Shown one piece after another: positions 8,367 to 17,261 of a stretch of DNA of 64,000 nt. The number at the start of each line of letters is the position of its first letter. The stretch's first letter is position 1. The notes beneath the pieces were generated by a model. It did no database searches, was not told the DNA's origin, and was given only the letters and a program-made list of their open reading frames with translations. Both the position numbers and the translations under genes were made by a program. Origin of the DNA: an uncultured Acidobacteriota bacterium (GTDB lineage Bacteria > Acidobacteriota > Vicinamibacteria > Vicinamibacterales > CAVVIG01); assembly GCA_963728825.1 (NCBI GenBank), contig CAVSLA010000003.1:208361-272360 (forward strand). Reading direction: 5' to 3'.

Positions 8367-9716
8367 TTACTGCTGCTGTTGCGTATTTCTCGCCTCGCGC
8401 GCCTTCCTGGCGGCGAGCTCCGCTTCGTAGTCCGCATCGGACATGTAGGTCACGTTGACCCAGGCGTGGGCCATCTCGTCGACCGTCCGGCCGCCGCCGC
8501 CGACCCAGGTATTCGGCTCGGGGTTCGACTTCTTGGCGCTCGTGTTGTCGTGCCACGCGGTGATCTTGAGGATCGTCCCTTTCGGCAGGACCGGCGCTGC
8601 TTCGTCGGTATAGACGTACGAGTTATGCCAGTTGAAGTTGAAGTCGGCCACGTGGCTGAGGATCTGCGTCTGGCCGTTCGGCAGAATCGCTTCCATCGAC
8701 ATCGCTTTGCCGCGCAGGTGCATGTGCGGCTGGAAGCTCTCGACGCGGCCCGCGCGCCGCATCACGAAGAACCCCTGCGTCGCCTTGACGCTGTTGGCTG
8801 GAATGTCGATGCCATCGGTGCCCATCAGATGCAGCGTCTGGCGGTACTTCGGTTCCTGGCCTTTGGGATAGAAGTAGATGCCGAGTTCCGCCGTATCGGT
8901 GATGTCCTCGCCAACCGAGGAGTAGTGGATGTCCCAGACGATCCGCGAGCCGGCGCGCATCAGCTTGCCGGTATTCGGCCGCATGATCTCGCCCTGCTTG
9001 CCGACCGCCCATTCCATGAATGTGCCGGTGTTGGCGAAGTCGCCCAGATCGAACGCGGCGGGACCGCTCTGCTGCTGCTGATCCGGCTCCGGCTCCTCCT
9101 GCTGGAGCCGCGCGATTGCATGATGCGTGACCTCGCGTCCCTTCACCGTGGAGGGACGAATCTCGATCGCACGCACCCAGCGATCTTCGGTGAGGCCGGT
9201 CTCGACGACCGGACGCCACCAGGCATCGTTGGCCCGCGCCTTTTGCGTCCAGGGCGTCGACTTGATCACCAGGTCGGGCGCGCCGCCGAACAGCTCGGCG
9301 AAGTTCCATTTGGACTCGTCGGGCCACTGCACCGGCGGCGGCATGTCGGCCGGGTTGCCGCGCGGCGCGCCGCCATCGACCCAGCGACCGATCGTTGCGA
9401 TCTGCTCGTCGCTGAGCGACCGGTCGTTCTTGAATTCCTGAATGCCGACGGTTTTGTCGATATGCCACGGCGGCATCTGGCGCGTTTCGACGCGCTGCTT
9501 GATCGAACGCACCCACGGGCGGACGGCCTCGAAGGTGACGAGCGACATCGGCGCAATCGAACCCGGCCGATGGCACGCCTCGCACTTGGCCTGGAAGATG
9601 GGAGCGATGTCTTTCGTGAAGGTGGGTACGGCGTGCGTCTGCGCTGCCACGACGGCGGGCGTCGCGAACGCGAAAGCCGCGACAACGACCAGAACGAGCG
9701 TCCCTCTGCTGCGCAC
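8367..9716 (-). CDS. secreted c-type heme domain fused to a PHM/DBH-like copper monooxygenase domain
   Basis: GTG start with AAGGAG upstream, and a signal peptide. Heme motif CEACH (45-49) plus MPPWH. Copper-ligand pattern: THH(198-199), WDIH(264)Y, PH(331)MH(333)LRGK, GGGGRTVDEM(415)AHAW. The order and spacing match rat PHM as I recall it. Confidence 0.8.
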   Translation of the reverse strand: MRSRGTLVLVVVAAFAFATPAVVAAQTHAVPTFTKDIAPIFQAKCEACHRPGSIAPMSLVTFEAVRPWVRSIKQRVETRQMPPWHIDKTVGIQEFKNDRSLSDEQIATIGRWVDGGAPRGNPADMPPPVQWPDESKWNFAELFGGAPDLVIKSTPWTQKARANDAWWRPVVETGLTEDRWVRAIEIRPSTVKGREVTHHAIARLQQEEPEPDQQQQSGPAAFDLGDFANTGTFMEWAVGKQGEIMRPNTGKLMRAGSRIVWDIHYSSVGEDITDTAELGIYFYPKGQEPKYRQTLHLMGTDGIDIPANSVKATQGFFVMRRAGRVESFQPHMHLRGKAMSMEAILPNGQTQILSHVADFNFNWHNSYVYTDEAAPVLPKGTILKITAWHDNTSAKKSNPEPNTWVGGGGRTVDEMAHAWVNVTYMSDADYEAELAARKAREARNTQQQQ

Positions 9717-9935
9717 GTGGAACTCCTTTCCAAACTCACCGAGTCCCCAGGGTCCGCCTGATTAAGGGTAAAGGTAGCACCAGGGCCAGCATCCGCCAAC
9801 TTTTTTCACGACTTGTCCGGCGCGCCGAAGCGCTCCGCGCGAAGGCGGTCCGGGCTCGGGATGGCTGCAGGCGCTCCATCTGGTTTCAAGCCCCGGCAGA
9901 CATATCCTCTACATTGCGGATGATATCCCGGTCTG

Positions 9936-10352
9936 GTGTACGCTAACGTTCTGGCTGATCAACCGGAGATTGTCGAGCAGGCCGGCGCCGTCGCGATACG
10001 TGGCAGCGGACCGGAGACTGAAGTGCTGATCATCCGTGCCAAAAAGGATCCCCGGCACTGGGTCTTTCCGAAAGGCCACATCGAGAAAGGCGAACGTCCC
10101 GCCGAAGCCGCGCTCCGCGAATTGCGCGAGGAAGCCGGCGTGGACGGAGAGATCGGCCGGGTTCTCGGCACGTCGACGTTCAAGTCAGGCCACGAGCACG
10201 TGCGGGTAGCGTACTTCCTCGTCAGATTCACGCGAACGGTCCCGCCAGCTGAATCGCGCGAGCTGCAGTGGCAATCGGTCAGCGAGGCCCGCCGGCTCCT
10301 GACCTTCGAGGATGCGCGGCAGCTGCTCGACGAGGTGGCGCGGGACGTGTGA
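9936..10352 (+). CDS. NUDIX hydrolase
   Basis: Nudix box GHIEKGERPAEAALRELREEAGV. Confidence 0.85.
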   Translation: MYANVLADQPEIVEQAGAVAIRGSGPETEVLIIRAKKDPRHWVFPKGHIEKGERPAEAALRELREEAGVDGEIGRVLGTSTFKSGHEHVRVAYFLVRFTRTVPPAESRELQWQSVSEARRLLTFEDARQLLDEVARDV

Positions 10353-10359
10353 GGGAGGT

Positions 10360-11250
10360 ATGAAGACGGCCGAATTCCTCGTCGAGCCGCTTCTCATCGG
10401 CTACGCCGTGCTGGTCACGGCGGCGATGCTCGCCATGGGCGATCCGGGGCCGTGGCTCCCCACCAATACCAGCGGCGAAATTGCCACGCTGGCCGTGTTC
10501 GCGTACTTCGTGGGCGTCGTCTTCGATCGCGTGGCCGATACGATCCTCGGCCCGCTCGAGCAGCACTACCGCCTGCAGTTCGCGCTGAGGCATCTGCGCC
10601 AGCCTCACCACATCCCCACGGCAGCGGCCGACGATCCCTTTCCGAAGGACGCGTATCAGGTCCGTGTGATGCAGAACGAGCAAGCCTGGGCGCATGCATC
10701 GTACCTCCGCTCACGCATCCGGCTGGTGCGCGCGCTGGTGGTCCTCACGCCGGCACTCGGCGTGGCCAGTGCGGTGTACGCCGTGGCCAATCCGCGTGAT
10801 GAAGCCATCAGGTGGATGGGGTCAGCAGGCGTGGTCGTCGCCTATGCGGTGGTCGGCATGCGGGCAGCCCGTCGGCCCGATCGCGTGACGGTCGCCGCCG
10901 CAGACGCCAAAGCATCAGGCTACGATCCGCCGCGAACGGCCGGCCTGAGCGATCCCGTGATCCGGCGTTGGTACACCGACCGGTTCGGCGACAACCTGCC
11001 GCTCTACGATTTGGTGATCCGCGCCGAGCCCGCACACCGCATCGCGCTTCTACTTGCGGGCATCGCGGGCCTGATCGCCCTCGTCGGCGGCAGCCTGGCG
11101 TTCGCGCTGCTGATTCCGATCGCCACGATTCTGCTGCTATCGGTATTGACCTTCTGCTGGTGGCGCATCACCGAAACGTTTTTCACCTTCCTGCGGAATT
11201 ACAACCTGCACAGCGTCACAGCCGCGCCCATGGGTAGTCAGGTCGTCTGA
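10360..11250 (+). CDS. hypothetical integral membrane protein
   Basis: GGGAGG precedes the ATG at 10360 (the ORF is open from 10312). The product has several hydrophobic helices and no recognisable motif. Confidence 0.55.
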   Translation: MKTAEFLVEPLLIGYAVLVTAAMLAMGDPGPWLPTNTSGEIATLAVFAYFVGVVFDRVADTILGPLEQHYRLQFALRHLRQPHHIPTAAADDPFPKDAYQVRVMQNEQAWAHASYLRSRIRLVRALVVLTPALGVASAVYAVANPRDEAIRWMGSAGVVVAYAVVGMRAARRPDRVTVAAADAKASGYDPPRTAGLSDPVIRRWYTDRFGDNLPLYDLVIRAEPAHRIALLLAGIAGLIALVGGSLAFALLIPIATILLLSVLTFCWWRITETFFTFLRNYNLHSVTAAPMGSQVV

Positions 11251-11639
11251 CGCCGGGGCGCGTCGGCCGAACGGATGGCCGAGACGCCGATCCAGACACC
11301 GGCCGCTTCCAGAATCACGAGCAGCGCTGCCGTCGCCTGGAACGGGAGTCGCCAGCCGTCCGCGGTGATGCGCGAGACGTGGTCCGGGCTCTCGATGACG
11401 AAATGGTTCACCACTCCGAATACCAATGCTCCGGCCATGGTCAGCGTCAGCAGTTCCGCCCCGAACCGCCGATGGGTGCGCATCATCCACAAGGCGACGA
11501 GCGGACCGATGAGGATGACGACCCACACGAACGCGTTCTGCAGCGCGGACAACGGCACCTGTGCTCCCGAGTGCGCGGCCCCATGGACCAGGTTGACCAT
11601 CAGATGCGCGATGACAATTCCTGTCGCCTGACCAACCAT
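11238..11639 (-). CDS. hypothetical small membrane protein
   Basis: 133 aa with four hydrophobic segments and several His residues (HLMVNLVHGAAH). Confidence 0.55.
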   Translation of the reverse strand: MVGQATGIVIAHLMVNLVHGAAHSGAQVPLSALQNAFVWVVILIGPLVALWMMRTHRRFGAELLTLTMAGALVFGVVNHFVIESPDHVSRITADGWRLPFQATAALLVILEAAGVWIGVSAIRSADAPRRQTT

Positions 11640-11738
11640 GGCTATGCTCCCTCGTCACCATGACGAGCATGCCCCGCTGTTTGTGACACCATCTGCTCCG
11701 GCACCACTGACAATATCCGACCGCGGTCCGACACATGT

Positions 11739-11782
11739 CTGACACCGCTCTGACACCGCTCTGACACCGCTCTGACACCGCT
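11739..11782. repeat. 4 perfect tandem copies of CTGACACCGCT (11 bp)
   Basis: Read directly from the sequence. Degenerate TGACA-containing copies continue to about 11875. Confidence 0.9.
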
Positions 11783-11880
11783 TCGACAGCTCTCTTATAC
11801 CTCTCCGACCGCGCTCTGACAGCGCTCCGGCCGCGGTTTGACACCGATTCGATGTCGGTCTGACACCTATCTGACCGGAC

Positions 11881-11886
11881 TATACT
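11881..11886 (+). promoter_or_regulatory. candidate -10 hexamer TATACT placed for a leaderless transcript of the 11893 gene
   Basis: TATACT ends 6 nt before the A of ATG 11893. A CTGACA -35-like hexamer lies at 11860-11865, giving a short 15-nt spacer. No Shine-Dalgarno sequence is visible. Confidence 0.3.
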
Positions 11887-11892
11887 CGCGGA

Positions 11893-12423
11893 ATGCGGCT
11901 CATGATAACCGTCTCGATCCTCACGCTGACCGCTACGCTGGCGTTCGCCGAATCTGCCGGCGGCCTGCGCTGGACCATGCCGGGCGGCTGGAAGGCCGAG
12001 CCCGAGCGGCCGATGCGCGCGGCGACGTATACGGTGCCCGCCGCGCAGGGCGACAAGGAACCGGGCGAATGCGCGGTGTTTTTCTTCGGGCGTGGCCAGG
12101 GCGGCAGCGTGCAGGACAACATCGACCGGTGGCGCGGACAGATCGTCGGCGCCGACGGCAAACCAGCGGTCGCCAAGATCGACAAGGGCCAGGCGCGCGG
12201 CTTGACGCTGACGCGCATCGACTCATCGGGCAGCTACACCGGTATGGGTGGACCAATGGCAACCAGCGCCCGCGCGGTGCCCGGTTATCGGCTGCTGGGC
12301 GCGGTCGTCGAAGGACCTGGCGGCAACAACGTGTTCGTCAAGTTCACCGGCCCCGTCAGGACGGTCGCCGCCAACCAGAAGCAGTTCGAACTGCTCCTTT
12401 CTTCGTTCCAGGTGGACAAATGA
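11893..12423 (+). CDS. secreted hypothetical protein
   Basis: Signal peptide MRLMITVSILTLTATLAFA. Coding-like composition. Confidence 0.65.
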   Translation: MRLMITVSILTLTATLAFAESAGGLRWTMPGGWKAEPERPMRAATYTVPAAQGDKEPGECAVFFFGRGQGGSVQDNIDRWRGQIVGADGKPAVAKIDKGQARGLTLTRIDSSGSYTGMGGPMATSARAVPGYRLLGAVVEGPGGNNVFVKFTGPVRTVAANQKQFELLLSSFQVDK

Positions 12424-12725
12424 TGGGTGACGACGCTCCGAAGTCTGCATATGAGCTCGCGATGGAGCGGCTGCGGAAGAAAGACGCAGACGAGGGCGTC
12501 ACCGTCGTGCCGCTCACCGACGAACAGCGCACCCAGATCGCCGAAGTCAGGAACTTCTACGAAGCCAAGATCGCCGAGCAGACAGTGCTGCATCAGTCGG
12601 CGATGCGCAGGAGCCTGGACCCCGCCGAGCTCGAGACGCTCGAGCAGCACCACCGGCGCGAGCTCGAACACCTCAACTCGGCGCGTGATGCGAAGATCGA
12701 GAAGATTCGACGTGGGGAAAAGTAG
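12420..12725 (+). CDS. hypothetical charged/coiled-coil protein, 101 aa
   Basis: The ATG at 12420 overlaps the upstream stop (ATGA). The real part is only the last third of track ORF 11838-12725. Confidence 0.55.
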   Translation: MMGDDAPKSAYELAMERLRKKDADEGVTVVPLTDEQRTQIAEVRNFYEAKIAEQTVLHQSAMRRSLDPAELETLEQHHRRELEHLNSARDAKIEKIRRGEK

Positions 12726-12728
12726 CCC

Positions 12729-13463
12729 ATGCGCATCGCGGTCGTCTCCGATATCCACGGCAACCTGACCGCGCTCGATGCGGTCGTCGCCGACCTCAAG
12801 ACGGTCGCTCCCGACCTCATCGTCCAGGGCGGCGACCTGTGCAGCGGCTCGCGGTCAGCCGACGTGGTCGATCGCATCCGCGAGCTGGGGTGGCCGGGGG
12901 TGTACGGCAACGCCGAAGAGATGCTGTGGGATCCGACCAAGGCCGACGACTACCTCGTTGCCGCCGGCCTCCATTCGATACGCGGAATCATCGCCAGACA
13001 GATCGCGTTCACGATCGCCGAACTCGGACCCGAACGCATCTCCTGGTTGCGCACGCTGCCAATCGCCTGGAGTGCACATGATTTGGCGGTGGTTCATGCG
13101 AATCCCGGCGACGCGTGGGCGATCTCAGCGGCTGATCGCTCGGACGACGAGCTGACGCACATCTACGGTCCGCTGGGAGCCGGGCGTGTCGTCTATGGGC
13201 ACATCCATGTGCCGTTCGTCCGGCGTCTGTCCGGATTCACCCTGGCCAACTCCGGGTGCTTGAGCATGTCGTACGACGGCGATCCGCGAGCCGGCTACGC
13301 AGTCGTCGACGACAAGGGGATCGCAATCCGGCGGGTGGAGTACGACGTCGAGCGTGAAGCGCGAGCGCTCCTCGCGTCCGGCCTGCCGTGCGCGGAATGG
13401 ATGGTCGAGATGCTGCGCAAGGCGGCCTACCTACCGCCTCGGGAGTTAGGAATTAGGAGTTAG
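12729..13463 (+). CDS. metallophosphoesterase
   Basis: Motif series VSDIHGN, GGDL, GNAE, VHANPG, GHIHVPF. Confidence 0.85.
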   Translation: MRIAVVSDIHGNLTALDAVVADLKTVAPDLIVQGGDLCSGSRSADVVDRIRELGWPGVYGNAEEMLWDPTKADDYLVAAGLHSIRGIIARQIAFTIAELGPERISWLRTLPIAWSAHDLAVVHANPGDAWAISAADRSDDELTHIYGPLGAGRVVYGHIHVPFVRRLSGFTLANSGCLSMSYDGDPRAGYAVVDDKGIAIRRVEYDVEREARALLASGLPCAEWMVEMLRKAAYLPPRELGIRS

Positions 13464-13469
13464 GAATTA
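13442..13469. repeat. tandem 14-mer (ggagtta ggaatta) x2
   Basis: Read directly. It spans the stop codon of the metallophosphoesterase gene. Confidence 0.8.
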
Positions 13470-13476
13470 CAGGGTT

Positions 13477-14739
13477 CTATTCGTAGTGTAGGGCTTGGAC
13501 GGGATCCAGGCTGGCGGCTTTCATCGCCGGATACACTCCAGACACCAGGCCGACCACCACCGACACCAGAAACGCCAGCAGTACCGAGGCGGTCGTCACG
13601 ATCGTCGACCAGCCGGCAAAGCCGGCGATGAGACGCGACATCACGACACCGAGCGCCAGCCCGATTGCGCCGCCGGCCACCGCGATCAGCGTCGTCTCCA
13701 GCACGAACTGCCGGATGATGTCCACTCGCGTCGCGCCGATGGCGCGCCGCAGGCCGATCTCGGGCGTGCGCTCCATCACACTCGCCAGCATGATGTTCAT
13801 GATGCCGATGCCGCCGACCAGCAGCGAGATCGAGGCCAGCGCCACCATCACGATGTCGAAGATGCGTTTGGTGCGCTGCTGCTCGGCAAGCAGCTCGGCG
13901 GGAACGACCAGTGTGTAGTCCGACGCGCCGCGGTGACTGGTCTCGAGAATGCCGCGCGCGATCGCCGATGCGGTGCCGATGTCCGCTTCGTTGGTGATCC
14001 GCACGAAGATACCGTCGATCTCGTCGCGGACGCCCGAGTAGTTGTCCTCGAGGCGGAGCATCGCCGCCGTCGTCGGCACGTAGATCATGTTGTTGCGATC
14101 CTGCGCCGGCAGGCCGCCGACCTCGCCCTGCGCCACGGCCTGCGGTCCGACGACGCCGATGACCTCGAACCACTGCTCGTTGACCTTTACGAAGCGGCCG
14201 AGTGGATCGGCTTCCCCGAACAGCCGCCAGCGCACGGCTTCGCCCAGCACGCAGACCGCCGCCGCGTGCGCCGCTTCATCGTCGGTGTAGAAGCGCCCCT
14301 CCGTCACGCGCAAGCCGGCAATCTCGCGATAGTTCGGTTGGACGCCGTAGACCACCGGCAGCTCGGTGTCGGGCTTGGGGACGACGCGGCTCGGCGTGAA
14401 TCGCTTTCGCGGCGTCACCATCTCCACGCCCGGAATCGCCGCCTCGATCGCCCGCAGATCCCGGAACGTGAGCCCGGGCGACTGCTGGCGCAGCTTCTGA
14501 TTGGCCTGGAAATCCGTCGTCTCACGCGCCTCGACGATGATGTTGCGGACGCCGAGATCCTGGATGAACGCCATCACCTGCTGCTGCGCCCCGGCGCCGA
14601 TCGACAGCATCGAGAGCACGGCCGCAACTCCGAAGATCATGCCGAGCATCGTCAGCAAGGTCCGCAGCTTGTGGACCAGGAGGTTGTCGACGCTGCGGCG
14701 CAGCTCCGGCCCCCACAGCCCCCGCGACATGTCTCTCAC
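13477..14739 (-). CDS. MacB/FtsX-type ABC transporter permease (no ATPase gene in the operon)
   Basis: N-terminal TM helix, a large periplasmic domain, and a C-terminal 3-TM FtsX-like block. Confidence 0.85.
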   Translation of the reverse strand: MRDMSRGLWGPELRRSVDNLLVHKLRTLLTMLGMIFGVAAVLSMLSIGAGAQQQVMAFIQDLGVRNIIVEARETTDFQANQKLRQQSPGLTFRDLRAIEAAIPGVEMVTPRKRFTPSRVVPKPDTELPVVYGVQPNYREIAGLRVTEGRFYTDDEAAHAAAVCVLGEAVRWRLFGEADPLGRFVKVNEQWFEVIGVVGPQAVAQGEVGGLPAQDRNNMIYVPTTAAMLRLEDNYSGVRDEIDGIFVRITNEADIGTASAIARGILETSHRGASDYTLVVPAELLAEQQRTKRIFDIVMVALASISLLVGGIGIMNIMLASVMERTPEIGLRRAIGATRVDIIRQFVLETTLIAVAGGAIGLALGVVMSRLIAGFAGWSTIVTTASVLLAFLVSVVVGLVSGVYPAMKAASLDPVQALHYE

Positions 14740-16013
14740 GAGGCGCCTCGCGGCGACGACGGTGCGGGTTTGCCGCCGACCGCGGTATTGGGGTTGAGGA
14801 GCGCCACTTCAGCGTCCGGTTCGAGCCCTTCGATGACGGCAGCGGACTCGGTGAACGCGACCACTTTGACCTGGCGTGCCTCGAATCCGGCGGCCGTCTG
14901 CACGTAGACCGAGCGGTTGCCCGCCACTTCGAAGACCGCGGAGCGCGGCACGGTGAGCGCCTCGTCGAACGTCGGACCGGAAATCGCCAGCGCGGCGCTG
15001 ACCCCCGGACGGATGCGCGATGTATCGCCGGCCACGTCGATGGCGATGTCGAACCGGCGCTGGGCGCTGCCTTCGAACATCTGGCGCGAAGCGACGCCGC
15101 TCACCGAGCGGACCGACCCCTGCAGCTCGGCTCCCGGCAGCGCGTCGACCGAGACCCGCACCGACTGTCCGGCGCTGATGGTGGCGCGATCGTATTCGGC
15201 CAGCTTGGCGGTCAGCTCGACCCGCGAGGTGTCGATGAGATCGGCAATCAGCTGCCCGGGATTCGCGGTGTCGCCGACCCGATATTCAGGCATCACCGCG
15301 CCGGAGAAGATGATGCCGCCGAACGCCATGGTGTTCATCCGCAACGTGACGAACCCGTCAAACGGGGCACGCATCTGCAGGTTCTCGATGTTCTTGCGCG
15401 CCACGTCCACAGCGACCTGCGCCTTGAGCCGGCGCGCCTGCAGCACCGCTCTGGAGGCAACCGCCGCCTGACGCCGGCTCTTCACGTCCACTTCGAGTTG
15501 GGCCAGCCGCTGGCGAGCTTCGTCGAACAGAAGCTTGTGCTGCGCGCCGAGAATGGCGCCGACCAGCTCGTTCGTGCTGGCGTCCAGTTCAGCACGGCGG
15601 GCGTCGAAGCGCGCTTTCAGCAGCGCGACTTCGTCTTCCGCGCCCTGGGCGGCGACCTCGGCCTCGGCCTTGGCGATCTCCTGGTCGGCAAGCTGCAAAT
15701 CGAACGACGCCTGCTCGAGTGCGAACTCCTGTTCGGATGGATCGAACTCGACGACGACCTCTCCGGCTTTGACAGCGCTGCCCGACGCCGCGAGGCTGAC
15801 GATGGTGAGCGAGCTGCCGGCCGGCGGCACGATCAGCTGCGCCGAACGCATCGCGCGCAGCTCACCGTTGGCGTGTACCGTCACCTGCACGGAACGGCGC
15901 TGCACGCGCGCGGTCGGAATGTCCTGGCTCTCGGGTCCGACGTTGGCCCAGGTCACCACCACCCCGAGCGCGGTCAGAACGGCGAGGACGGCAAACATCG
16001 TCCACCGTTTCAT
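14736..16013 (-). CDS. HlyD/MacA-family periplasmic adaptor
   Basis: Starts at MKRWTMFAVLAVLT inside the 841-aa track ORF. It has a lipoyl-like hairpin (AVKAGEVVVEFD), a long coiled coil and a beta-barrel C-terminus. There are ATGA overlaps at both ends. Confidence 0.85.
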   Translation of the reverse strand: MKRWTMFAVLAVLTALGVVVTWANVGPESQDIPTARVQRRSVQVTVHANGELRAMRSAQLIVPPAGSSLTIVSLAASGSAVKAGEVVVEFDPSEQEFALEQASFDLQLADQEIAKAEAEVAAQGAEDEVALLKARFDARRAELDASTNELVGAILGAQHKLLFDEARQRLAQLEVDVKSRRQAAVASRAVLQARRLKAQVAVDVARKNIENLQMRAPFDGFVTLRMNTMAFGGIIFSGAVMPEYRVGDTANPGQLIADLIDTSRVELTAKLAEYDRATISAGQSVRVSVDALPGAELQGSVRSVSGVASRQMFEGSAQRRFDIAIDVAGDTSRIRPGVSAALAISGPTFDEALTVPRSAVFEVAGNRSVYVQTAAGFEARQVKVVAFTESAAVIEGLEPDAEVALLNPNTAVGGKPAPSSPRGAS

Positions 16014-17261
16014 TGCGGCTCCCCGCTGGTGAGATCGCGCAGCGAAATGCGTTCGCCTTCGCTCACCCCCGACTGAATGGCCACCTGATCGCGACCGCGC
16101 CGCAGCACGGTCACGGTACGCGGCGAAGCCGAACCGCCCGCCACCACGTACACGACCGTACCGCTGCCCGCCTGGAATACCGACGCGGCCGGCACCATGA
16201 TGACGTCGTTGATCCGGTTCATCTCGATTCGCGCCGACGCGCTCATGCCGGTTCGCAGGCGCGGATCGGCGTCCTCGATGGCGATGACCGCATCGAAGTT
16301 GCGGGCCGGCGGAAATGACGAGAAGTCGGGGCGGGCCATCATGCCGATGCTGGCGATGCGCGCCTTCAGCTCTCGATCGGGAACGGCATCGACGCGGACC
16401 AGTACCGGCGGCGCCGCTCTGGACCCGCGCCCGATCGGCTTCGTCGAGTCGGCTGGTCATCTGGACGGACGTCAGGTCGGGCAACTCCACGATTGGCGCG
16501 CCGAAGAACACGCGATCGCCGCGCTTGAACTCCGGCGGCGAGCCGGCCATCGGCCCGCCCGCGCGAAAATTCGGCAGCAGCGCGATGGTGCCGGCCGCCG
16601 GCGCGCGCAGCGTGAGCGACTCCATCGTGCGCTCGGCTTCGGCGAGATCGAATTCCGCCTTGTCGCGCTTCTGGCGGGCGAGCGCGACGTCCGCCGCGGC
16701 GACCAGCTGCTCTCCGTCGACCTTGCGCGTGACCGCCGCCACCTGCAACTCCGCGTTCGCGAGGAGCAGCGCCCGCTTCTCCGCCTCGACGCGCGGAACC
16801 AGCTCCGCGCCCGCCACATCAAGTCGAGCACGCTCGAGCGCGGATCGCGCCTGTGCCAGCTCGGTGTCCGCCGCCTGGGTCCTGCGCCGCGCCTCGGTTT
16901 CGACTTTCGCGATCTCCGCCTCCGCCTGCTTCACCTCGGAGCGACGCTGCTCGATGGCACGCAGTTGAGTCGTCGGATCGAACTCCACCACGACATCACC
17001 GGGTGCGACGGTTGCGCCGTTGGCCGCCAGCCCGACGATCTGCATGTCGGTCCCCGACGAGGGGGCGGTCAACACGATCGAGCGAACCGGCCGGATCTCG
17101 CCGCGCACCTGGAGGTAGTCGACGAACACGCCCCTCTGGACGACCGCGGTCGGGATCGCCCCGAGGCGGCCACGCGACCAGCGCGGCGCGGCCAGCACCA
17201 CTGCGGCCACCGCGCCGACGATCGTGGTGACGAGCATGAGCCTGGCGACCGTTCGGTTCAT
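16010..17261 (-). pseudogene. HlyD/MacA-family adaptor with one frameshift (or assembly error)
   Basis: The N-terminal 280 aa are in the frame of ORF 14736-17261. The C-terminus (..PVLVRVDAVPDRELKARIASIGMMARPDFSS..GEPQ) is in the frame of ORF 16010-16342. The switch lies inside the GC run at 16406-16418. Confidence 0.65.

Noticed and set aside
9717-9935. A shared promoter or operator motif upstream of both PHM-like copies
   Set aside because: I could not find a sequence common to 9717-9800 and 59270-59394. The TATCTCGAGATA palindrome is present only in copy 2.
14736-17261. Single 841-aa ORF
   Set aside because: It is a read-through artefact. The first about 280 codons and the last 425 codons are two separate HlyD-type genes. 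The middle about 135 codons are the out-of-frame reading of the first gene's C-terminus, whose real frame is ORF 16010-16342.
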